A DNA stretch of 32,966 nt, taken from contig JACCSC010000253.1 in NCBI GenBank assembly GCA_013813215.1, forward strand, positions 1 to 32,966. The letters run 5' to 3'. This DNA comes from Geodermatophilaceae bacterium (GTDB lineage: Bacteria; Actinomycetota; Actinomycetes; Mycobacteriales; Geodermatophilaceae). The translations under genes and the position numbers were made by a program. A model generated the notes under the pieces. It searched no databases. It had not been told where the DNA came from and saw only the letters and a list, made by a program, of their open reading frames with translations. Shown here piece by piece: positions 25,657 to 32,966 of the stretch (positions are counted from its first letter, which is position 1; each line of letters opens with the position of its first letter).

Positions 25657-27242
25657 CAGGACACCGCTGCGACATCCAACGGGAAGCGCACGCCGGTCGC
25701 GCCGAACAGCAGCCGTCCGGCCCGGTCGGCGGACTGCCGCGTCAGCTCGGTGATCGCTGCGCCGGACTCGACCGGCGCCTGCACCACGATCTCGTCGTGC
25801 ACGAACGAGACCAGCTCGGCGCCGTCCACGGTGGCCAGGCCGGTCCGGACCAGGGCCAACCAGACGAGGGCCCACTCCGCGGCGGTCGCCTGCACGACGA
25901 AGTTGCGGGTGAACCGGCCCCGCGAGCGGGCCGCGGCATCCCACGGCGCCCAGTCCTCGGGCACCGGAGGGCAGGTCCGGCCCAGGTGGGAACGGACCAG
26001 CCCGCCGCGCTCACCGATCCGGGCCGCCTCCTCCAGGAGGTGCAGCGCGACCGGGTAGCGCTCGCGGAGCACCGCGAGCGGGGTCGCCGCGCCTCCGCCG
26101 ACCTGCCCGTACATGGCCCCGAGCAGCCCGATCTTGGCCCGGGCGCGGTCCCCGGCGAACGAACGGCTGGCGATGGCGGCGTACAGGTCGTCGGCCTCGG
26201 CCGCGGCGGTCATTGCCTCGTCCCGGGACAGGGCCGCCAGCAGCCGCGGTTCCAGCTGCCCGGCGTCGGCCACGACCAGCACCCGTCCGGGCTCCGCACA
26301 GACCGCGCCGCGCAACACTTTCGGTAGCTGCAACCCGCCGCCCCCGCGAGTCGCCCACCGCCCCGACACCACGCCACCGGGCACGTACTCCGGGCGGAAC
26401 CTACCCCCGCGCACCCACCGTTCCTGCCAGACCCACCCGTTGGCGGCGAGGATGCGGGCCAGCTTCTTGTACTCCAGCAGCGGCGGCACGGCCGGGTGGT
26501 CGACCTTGCGCAGCACCCAGCTGCGGGTGGACTCCACGGTGTGCCCCGCGGCGCTGAACGCCCCGAGCACATCGGCCGGGGAGTCCGGATTCACCCGGCG
26601 GCCGAAGGCCGCACCGATCCGCGCGGACAGTTCGGCCAGCCGCTGGGGCGGCACACCGGCCGACGTCCGCGGGCCGAGCAATCGCTCCAGCGCGGCGGCG
26701 TGCACGTCCGACCGCCACGGCAGACCGGCCGCGGTCAGCTCTACCGCGGCCAGCGCCCCGGCCGACTCCGCGGCCACCAGGAGGCCGAACCGGGCCGGTT
26801 GCTCGGTGGCGGCGATCCGGTCTAGCTGGTCGGCGTACACCGCCGCCGCCACCTGCATTGGATCCGCGCCGGCCGGCAGCCGGACCGGCGCCGGCCCGAA
26901 CAGCGTGAGCCGTTCGTCGGCCTCGGCCGGCGGCTGATCGGCCGGCACCGGCAGCCCGCGTAGCCGCGCCCACGCCGCGGCCACCGACGCCGGCTCGCCC
27001 CAGCGTCCGTCGTACCCGAGGAGCAGGGCCTCGGTCAGCGCGAGGTCGTGGCACCTCGCGACCCGGGTCCCTGCGGCCAGGACGGGTGGGTACGCCGCCG
27101 CGGTGTCCGACCACACCCAGCGGGTGACCGGGTCCTCGGCCAACGCCGTTGCGAGCGAGTCGACCGATCGCTCGCCGACGGTCGAGCCGCTGAACGGCAG
27201 CAGTCGGCCGCCCTCCGCATCGGGGACCACGAGCACCGGCAC
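25638..27242 (-). CDS. Family-A DNA polymerase with an N-terminal 3'-5' exonuclease-like domain and no 5' nuclease domain
   Basis: 534 aa. Motif A-like is LVVADAGQLEPRLLA, motif B-like is RARAKIGLLGAMYGQ, and motif C-like is VSFVHDEIVVQ. The N-terminal VVPDAEGG...ARCHDLALTEALLLG resembles exonuclease motifs. Confidence 0.8.
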   Translation of the reverse strand: MPVLVVPDAEGGRLLPFSGSTVGERSVDSLATALAEDPVTRWVWSDTAAAYPPVLAAGTRVARCHDLALTEALLLGYDGRWGEPASVAAAWARLRGLPVPADQPPAEADERLTLFGPAPVRLPAGADPMQVAAAVYADQLDRIAATEQPARFGLLVAAESAGALAAVELTAAGLPWRSDVHAAALERLLGPRTSAGVPPQRLAELSARIGAAFGRRVNPDSPADVLGAFSAAGHTVESTRSWVLRKVDHPAVPPLLEYKKLARILAANGWVWQERWVRGGRFRPEYVPGGVVSGRWATRGGGGLQLPKVLRGAVCAEPGRVLVVADAGQLEPRLLAALSRDEAMTAAAEADDLYAAIASRSFAGDRARAKIGLLGAMYGQVGGGAATPLAVLRERYPVALHLLEEAARIGERGGLVRSHLGRTCPPVPEDWAPWDAAARSRGRFTRNFVVQATAAEWALVWLALVRTGLATVDGAELVSFVHDEIVVQAPVESGAAITELTRQSADRAGRLLFGATGVRFPLDVAAVSCYADAG

Positions 27243-27273
27243 CCCGGCAGTGTGCCCCCGAGCTCCGACGAAC

Positions 27274-28590
27274 TCAGGTGTCGAGCAGCGCCGACACGGG
27301 CGCGCCGCGGATCGAGGCGTCCAGGACCTCGACGGTGTGCGCCATCCCGATCCGGCCGCCGGAGCGCTCGATCGAGGCGGCGACCTGCATGAGGCAGCCC
27401 GGGTTCGCCGTCACGAGCAGCTGCGCTCCAGTGGCCAGGACGTTGGCCGCCTTGCGGTCACCGAGCTCCGCGGCCGGTTCGGGGAACAGCACGTTGTAGA
27501 TCCCGGCCGAGCCGCAGCACAGCTCCGCCTCGGCGATCTCCCGGAGCTGCAGGCCCGGGATTCCCCGCAGTAGCGCCCGGGGTTGCGCCCGCACGCCCTG
27601 CGCGTGCGCGAGGTGGCAGGCGTCGTGGTAAGCCACTGTGACCGGCAGGGGATGCCGTGCAGCGACCGGCCCGAGTTCGACGAGCAGCTCGGAGACGTCC
27701 CGGACCCGGGCCGCGAACCGCGCCGCCCGCTCGGCGTAGGCCGGGTCGTCACGCAGCAGTTCGGCGTACTCCTTCATCGACGAGCCGCAGCCCGCGGCGT
27801 TGACGACGATCCGCTCGACGCCCGCGTCGGCGAACGTGTCGATCAGCGTGCGGGCGAAACCCTGGGCCTCCGGTTCGCGCCCGTTGTGCACGCTCAGCGC
27901 ACCGCAGCACCCCTGCCCGGCCGGGATGACGACGTCGCAGCCCTCGGCGGCGAGCACCCGCGCGGTGGCGGCGTTCACCCCGGGGAAGAACGCGCCCTGG
28001 ACACAGCCGGTGAGCATCCCGACCACCATGCGCCGGGTCCCGACCGCAGCCACCCGAGCGGGCAGCTTCTCGGGCCGCTGCAACCGTGGGGTGAGGCGTT
28101 CCATCGCGGCCAGGGACGGGGCGATCCGGTCCAACACCCCGGTCCGCCGCAGCAGCCGGTCACCGCCGATCCGCTGCCACGCGCGCAGCGGCCCGCGTAC
28201 CGCCCGCAGCCGCTTCGGATAGGGAAACAGGGCGAAGATGGCACCGCGCAGGGCTCGATCCCGCGGCGTGCGGGAGTGCCGGCGCTCGACCTGCGCGCGG
28301 GTGTCCTCGATCAGCCGGTCGTACTGGACGCCGGACGGGCATGCCGTCACGCAGGCCATGCAGCCCAGGCAGGCGTCGAAGTGGCCGACCATCGACGGGC
28401 TCAGCGGGTCGCCCTCCAGGCCCTGTTGCATCAGGTGGATGCGGCCACGCGGGGAGTCCATCTCCTCGCCCCAGAGCACGTACGTGGGGCAGGTCGGCAG
28501 ACAGAAGCCGCAGTGCACGCAGTCCGCCACCAGTTCCGCGCTCGGTGGATGGTGGGCGTCGAACGCCGGACCCTCGGTGACGCTGGCCAT
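27274..28590 (-). CDS. glcF: Glycolate oxidase iron-sulfur subunit / (Fe-S)-binding protein
   Basis: 438 aa from MASVTEGPAF. It has two 4Fe-4S motifs (CVHCGFCLPTCP and CLGCMACVTACP) and C-terminal CCG-type repeats (GCCGA, CCGSAG). The ATG overlaps the glcE stop. Confidence 0.85.
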   Translation of the reverse strand: MASVTEGPAFDAHHPPSAELVADCVHCGFCLPTCPTYVLWGEEMDSPRGRIHLMQQGLEGDPLSPSMVGHFDACLGCMACVTACPSGVQYDRLIEDTRAQVERRHSRTPRDRALRGAIFALFPYPKRLRAVRGPLRAWQRIGGDRLLRRTGVLDRIAPSLAAMERLTPRLQRPEKLPARVAAVGTRRMVVGMLTGCVQGAFFPGVNAATARVLAAEGCDVVIPAGQGCCGALSVHNGREPEAQGFARTLIDTFADAGVERIVVNAAGCGSSMKEYAELLRDDPAYAERAARFAARVRDVSELLVELGPVAARHPLPVTVAYHDACHLAHAQGVRAQPRALLRGIPGLQLREIAEAELCCGSAGIYNVLFPEPAAELGDRKAANVLATGAQLLVTANPGCLMQVAASIERSGGRIGMAHTVEVLDASIRGAPVSALLDT

Positions 28591-29807
28591 CAGATTCCTC
28601 CTACGAACCGGCCCGGCGCCAGCCGGTGGTCGGGGTCGAACTGGTCCTTGACCGCGCGCATCAGATCCAGCGCCGGCACTGGGCCCCAGAGATCGAGCCG
28701 GGCCTTGACCTCCGGTGGCGCGTCGAGCACGACCAGGCTCCCCCCGAGGGAGGTGCACAACTCCCGCAGCGGCACGACACGATCGGCGGCTTCCGCCGGC
28801 AGGGCGCCGTACAGCACCCCCGCCCCCGCCGAACCGCGCAGTACGGCGCCGCTGTCCCGGCCGGTCGCGAGCAGTCGCGGTACGCCGGAAAGCGCGCAGG
28901 TCAGCTTGAGCGCGATCTCACCGGCCCGCCACGGGTAGCGACCCCACCAGCCGGGCATCCCAGCCGACACCTCTACGGCGGCTCCGAGCAGTCCACGGGC
29001 CGCCTCCGCCCGGGCGGCCACGCCGCGCTCGCTGCCCTCGAGGAGGATCGCGACCGACCCGCCGCCGCCCGGCCAGTCGACCTCGACCGCACTCGGTACG
29101 ACATCGCTGTGGATCACCGCAGCTGCGAGCCGCCCGGCATCCCCGGCGTCGGCCGCGGGAGCCATCAGCACCGCCGTCGACTCCGGCACCGGGTGCAGCC
29201 GGAACACCGCCCGCGTCACCAGTGCCAGCGTCCCGAACGAGCCGGTCATCAGCTTTCCGAGGTCGTAGCCGGCGACGTTCTTGACCACCCGCCCACCGGA
29301 GTGCGCCACGACCCCGTCGGCCCGCACCACGGTGGTTCCGATCATCAGCTCCCGCAGCGTCAGGTACAGCATCCGGCTGGGCCCGCTGCCGTTCGTGGCG
29401 ATCAACCCCCCGAGGGTCGAACCCGCGATCGGCTCGTCGATGGCCAGCCGTTGACCGGCCGGGGCCACCGCGGCCTGCAGGTCGGCGAGCGGGCAGCCGG
29501 CTTCGGCCACGACGACCAGGTCTCCGGCTGCATGATCGACCACGGCGGACAGCGCGGACAGGTCGACGACGAGGTCGACGCGCGTCGGGGGAGCAGCCCA
29601 GGTCAGCTTCGTCCCGGCCCCGCGAGCGACCACCGCGAGGCCGTACGCCGCCGCGGCCCGCAGCAGCTCGCCGGTCTCCTCGGTGCTGCCCGGTCGGGCG
29701 ACGTACGCCGGGCCTACGCCGTCCACCGCATCCTGGGCGTCTCCCTGGCGGACGTCGGCGCAGGTCCCGCTCAGCCCGGCCATCGGGTCGGTCGCGACGG
29801 GTGCCAT
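28590..29807 (-). CDS. glcE: Glycolate oxidase FAD-binding subunit
   Basis: 405 aa from MAPVATDP. Motifs are an FAD-binding PCMH-type region (VVARGAGTKLTW) and VKNVAGYDLGKLMTGSFGTLA. It has ATGA overlaps on both sides. Confidence 0.8.
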   Translation of the reverse strand: MAPVATDPMAGLSGTCADVRQGDAQDAVDGVGPAYVARPGSTEETGELLRAAAAYGLAVVARGAGTKLTWAAPPTRVDLVVDLSALSAVVDHAAGDLVVVAEAGCPLADLQAAVAPAGQRLAIDEPIAGSTLGGLIATNGSGPSRMLYLTLRELMIGTTVVRADGVVAHSGGRVVKNVAGYDLGKLMTGSFGTLALVTRAVFRLHPVPESTAVLMAPAADAGDAGRLAAAVIHSDVVPSAVEVDWPGGGGSVAILLEGSERGVAARAEAARGLLGAAVEVSAGMPGWWGRYPWRAGEIALKLTCALSGVPRLLATGRDSGAVLRGSAGAGVLYGALPAEAADRVVPLRELCTSLGGSLVVLDAPPEVKARLDLWGPVPALDLMRAVKDQFDPDHRLAPGRFVGGI

Positions 29808-31366
29808 CAGAAGATCTCCGCGACGCCGGCCTTCGCGAGGGGATGCTCCCCCTGGTGCCGACCGGGAACCTCCCCGCACAGGCGCGGCGTGGGAAACACC
29901 TTGCCCGGATTGGACACATGCCGCGGGTCGAACGCGCAGCGCACCATCTGCATCGTGTCGAGGTCGGCCGCGCTGAACATCCGCGGCATGTACGCCGACT
30001 TGTCCACGCCGACCCCGTGCTCCCCGGTGATCGACCCGCCTGCGGAGATGCACAGATCCAGGATCTTGCCGCTGATCTCCTCGGCCGCCTCGTCCTGGCC
30101 GGGCTGCGCGGCGTCGAAGAGCACCAGCGGGTGCAGATTGCCGTCCCCCGCGTGGAACACGTTGGCCACCCGCACGCCTGAGGACCCGGACAGCTCGGCG
30201 ATGGCCCGCAGCACCTCGGGCAGCGCGGTCCGCGGGATGACGCCGTCCTGCACGATGTAGTCGGGACTGATCCGGCCCACCGCGGCGAACGCGGACTTGC
30301 GGCCCTTCCAGATCAGCGCACGTTCGGTGTCGTCGGCGGCGACCCGGATCTCGAACGCCCCGTTCTCCTCGCAGAACCGCCGCACCGCGGCGAACTCCTG
30401 CTCCACTTCGGCGGCGGGGCCGTCCAGCTCGACCACGAGGACCGCCCCGGCGCCGTCGGGGTAGTTGCAGTGCACGGCGGCCTCGGCCGCCTCGATGGCC
30501 AAGGCGTCCATCATCTCGATGGCGGCCGGTACGACGCCCGCTCCGATGATCGCCGACGTGGCCGCGCCCGCGTCGTCGGTGGACGGAAACCCGGCCAGCA
30601 CGGTGGTCACGGCCTCGGGCGAGCGGGTCAGCCGCACGGTGACCGACGTGGCGATGCCCAGCGTCCCTTCGGACCCGATGACCGTCCCGAGCAGGTCGTA
30701 ACCGGGAGCGTCCGGCGCGAGGCCGCCGAGCTGGACCTGTGACCCGTCGGGAGTGACCAGGTCCACGCCGGTCACGTGGTGCGCGGTGAAGCCGTACTTC
30801 AGGCAGTGCGCGCCGCCGGAATTCTCGGCCAGGTTGCCGCCGATGGAGCAGATCTGCTGGCTTGACGGGTCGGGGGCGTAGTAGTAGCCGAACGGCGCCG
30901 CAGCGCGGGTGACGTCGAGGTTGATGACTCCGGGTTCGACGACGGCGCGGTGGTCGGCGGGGGACACCTGGCGGATCGCGCGCAGCTGCGACATGACGAC
31001 GAGTACGCCGTCTGCCCGTGGCAGCGCACCGCCGGACAGGCCGGTCCCCGAACCGCGGGCCACGAACGGCATCCGGTGCTCGGAGCAGACGGTCACCGTC
31101 GCGGCCACGTGTTCGGCCGTTGCGGCGAGGACCACCAGCGCCGGAGTCACGCGGTAGTGCGCCAACCCGTCGCACTCGTAGGTCCGCAGCCGGGCGTGGT
31201 CGGTGATCAACGCGCCCTCGGGCAGAAGGGCGTCCAGCTCGCGGCGTACGGCCTCGATCGCGGCGGGGTCCGGCGTACCGGCGCTGTCCTGTTCCGGTGA
31301 CGTCGGTCCGACCGTGGACCCGGCGGTCTTCGTGGTCCCGTGCGTCGAGTCCAGATCAGCGCTCAT
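29807..31366 (-). CDS. glcD: FAD-linked glycolate oxidase subunit
   Basis: 519 aa. Motifs include [38 protein letters not shown] and NPGKVF. Confidence 0.9.
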   Translation of the reverse strand: MSADLDSTHGTTKTAGSTVGPTSPEQDSAGTPDPAAIEAVRRELDALLPEGALITDHARLRTYECDGLAHYRVTPALVVLAATAEHVAATVTVCSEHRMPFVARGSGTGLSGGALPRADGVLVVMSQLRAIRQVSPADHRAVVEPGVINLDVTRAAAPFGYYYAPDPSSQQICSIGGNLAENSGGAHCLKYGFTAHHVTGVDLVTPDGSQVQLGGLAPDAPGYDLLGTVIGSEGTLGIATSVTVRLTRSPEAVTTVLAGFPSTDDAGAATSAIIGAGVVPAAIEMMDALAIEAAEAAVHCNYPDGAGAVLVVELDGPAAEVEQEFAAVRRFCEENGAFEIRVAADDTERALIWKGRKSAFAAVGRISPDYIVQDGVIPRTALPEVLRAIAELSGSSGVRVANVFHAGDGNLHPLVLFDAAQPGQDEAAEEISGKILDLCISAGGSITGEHGVGVDKSAYMPRMFSAADLDTMQMVRCAFDPRHVSNPGKVFPTPRLCGEVPGRHQGEHPLAKAGVAEIF

Positions 31367-32966
31367 GGCATGCGCTCGTACGCCGGCAGCGTCAGGAACT
31401 CCGGGTAGTCCTCGGCCAGGGCCATCTCGGCGAACGTGGCTCGGGCCTCCTCGAAACGCCCGGCGGCGAACGCCTCGTCACCGCGCGCGGCCTGGATCGC
31501 GGCGACCTCCTCCTCGATGACCCGTTCGACGAGCTCGCGGGTCACCGTCGAACCGTCGGCCAGAGTCACCCCGTGGTGCAGCCACTGCCAGACCTGGCTG
31601 CGCGAGATCTCCGCGGTGGCCGCGTCTTCCATGAGGTTGTTGATCGCCACCGCTCCGGCCCCACGCAGCCACGACTCGAGGTACTGGATGCCGACGCTGA
31701 CGTTGTTGCGCAAACCGGCCTCGGTCACCTCGCCGGGGGTGGAGGCCACGTCCAGCAGCTGCGCGGCGGTCACCAAGACGTCCTCGCGCAGGCGGTCCCG
31801 CTGGTTCGGCCGGTCACCGAGCACGCTGTCGAACACCTCACGGCAGACCGGGACCAAGTCAGGGTGGGCTACCCACGACCCGTCGAAGCCGTCGCCGGCC
31901 TCGCGCGTCTTGTCGTCGCGGACCTTGGTCAGCGCCTGCTCGTTGACCGCGGGGTCCCGCCGGCTGGGGATGAACGCGGCCATGCCGCCGATCGCGTGCG
32001 CCCCACGTTTGTGGCAGGTCCGGACGAGCAGCTCGGTGTACGCACGCATGAACGGGACGGTCATCGTCACCGAGTTGCGGTCCGGGAGGAGGAACTCCTT
32101 GCCGCGGGTCCGGAAGCACTTGATGACGCTGAACATGTAGTCCCAGCGTCCGGCGTTCAGCCCGGCGGAGTGCTCGCGGAGCTCGTGGAGGATCTCCTCC
32201 ATCTCGAACGCCGCGGGATAGGTCTCGATCAGGACCGTGGCCCGGATCGTGCCGCGGGGGATGCCGACGATCTCCTGGGCCCGGAGGAAGACGTCGTTCC
32301 ACAGCCGGGCCTCGAGGTGGCTCTCCATCTTGGGCAGGTAGAAGTACGGGCCGGTGCCGCGATCGAGCTGCAGCTGCCCGCAGTGCAGCAGGTACAGGGC
32401 GAAGTCCACCAGCCCACCGGAGATCGGCTCACCATCCACCGTGAGGTGCTTCTCGGGCAGGTGCCAGCCGCGGGGCCGTACGACGATCGTGGCCAGGTCC
32501 GCGGCCGGCTTCAGCGCGTAGCTTTTGCCCTCGGCGGTGGTGAAGTCGATCGAGCGGGTGATCGCGTCGCGCAGGTTGAGCTGGCCGCCGATCACGTTCT
32601 CCCACAGGGGGCTGTTGGCGTCCTCGTGGTCGGCCAGCCACACCTTGGCGCCGGAGTTCAGCGCGTTGACGGTCATCTTGGCGTCGGTCGGGCCGGTGAT
32701 CTCGACCCGCCGGTCGATCAGTCCGGGTGCCGGGTCGGCCACCCGCCAATCGGGGTCGTCGCGCACCGAGGCCGTCTCGGGCAGGAAGTCCAGCGTCCCG
32801 CCGTCGGCCAACGCCGCGTCCCGTTCGCGGCGCCGGGCCAGCAACTGCTGCCGGGTCGGTTCGAACTCCCGGTGCAGGGCGGCGAGCAGCCCGAGCGCGG
32901 CAGGCGTGAGCACCTCGTCGTACCGCTCGTGCATCGGCCCGGTTATCTCGACACCGTTCGGGGTCT
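31363..32966 (-). CDS. aceB: Malate synthase A; the 5' end lies beyond the right edge
   Basis: Motifs are [31 protein letters not shown] and [12 protein letters not shown]. The frame stays open upstream of the track's ATG (..[17 protein letters not shown]), so the true start is outside the window. The stop overlaps the glcD start. Confidence 0.9.
   Translation of the reverse strand, partial: TPNGVEITGPMHERYDEVLTPAALGLLAALHREFEPTRQQLLARRRERDAALADGGTLDFLPETASVRDDPDWRVADPAPGLIDRRVEITGPTDAKMTVNALNSGAKVWLADHEDANSPLWENVIGGQLNLRDAITRSIDFTTAEGKSYALKPAADLATIVVRPRGWHLPEKHLTVDGEPISGGLVDFALYLLHCGQLQLDRGTGPYFYLPKMESHLEARLWNDVFLRAQEIVGIPRGTIRATVLIETYPAAFEMEEILHELREHSAGLNAGRWDYMFSVIKCFRTRGKEFLLPDRNSVTMTVPFMRAYTELLVRTCHKRGAHAIGGMAAFIPSRRDPAVNEQALTKVRDDKTREAGDGFDGSWVAHPDLVPVCREVFDSVLGDRPNQRDRLREDVLVTAAQLLDVASTPGEVTEAGLRNNVSVGIQYLESWLRGAGAVAINNLMEDAATAEISRSQVWQWLHHGVTLADGSTVTRELVERVIEEEVAAIQAARGDEAFAAGRFEEARATFAEMALAEDYPEFLTLPAYERMP

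Noticed and set aside
28590-31175. An 861-aa minus-strand ORF.
   Set aside because: Only the C-terminal 405 aa (glcE, from MAPVATDP at 29807) look real. The upstream part is a shadow over glcD, which has its own strong frame at 29807..31366.

Overview
This is a densely coding, high-GC chromosomal segment of actinobacterial type (hand tallies of single 60-nt lines give about 72-75% G+C in the metabolic genes). Reading frames were chosen from protein motifs, G/C-rich third codon positions and start/stop overlaps (ATGA/GTGA). Most very long ORFs in the six-frame track are stop-free shadows, not genes.

Layout, left to right:
- 1-1127 (-): an AbiEii-like nucleotidyltransferase plus an XRE-HTH pair, cut by the left edge.
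- 1140-9134 (-): a long gene string. It contains a DUF1353 membrane protein, an MBL hydrolase, an SDR, a TAXI-TRAP permease with its lipoprotein binding subunit, a CehA/McbA-type PHP metallohydrolase, and a decayed SDR pseudogene.
- 9256-12985 (+): an APC permease, an ASCH-like/winged-helix protein, and a NERD-nuclease/SF1-helicase fusion.
- 13100-13907: two small membrane proteins.
- 13996-17108 (+): beta-phosphoglucomutase plus a GH65 phosphorylase.
- 17210-19236 (+): three tandem AIM24 paralogues.
- 19281-20119 (-): YciI plus a VOC/glyoxalase.
- 20183-21246 (-): a wHTH-MNT/HEPN toxin-antitoxin module of lower GC, with a periodic dyad operator array.
- 21310-23875: a divergent glutamine-synthetase-like/amidohydrolase pair.
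- 24088-25385 (+): DUF2945, a broken DUF3140 gene, and an SDR.
- 25480-27242: a small ORF convergent with a compact family-A DNA polymerase.
- 27274-32966 (-): aceB-glcD-glcE-glcF, with the aceB 5' end beyond the right edge.

I saw no rRNA, tRNA, CRISPR array, transposase or integrase.

The best candidates for something undescribed are the ASCH-like + NERD-helicase pair, the AIM24 triplet, and the wHTH-MNT/HEPN module with its operator array. All functional calls rest on motif recognition by eye and need HMM or structure confirmation.
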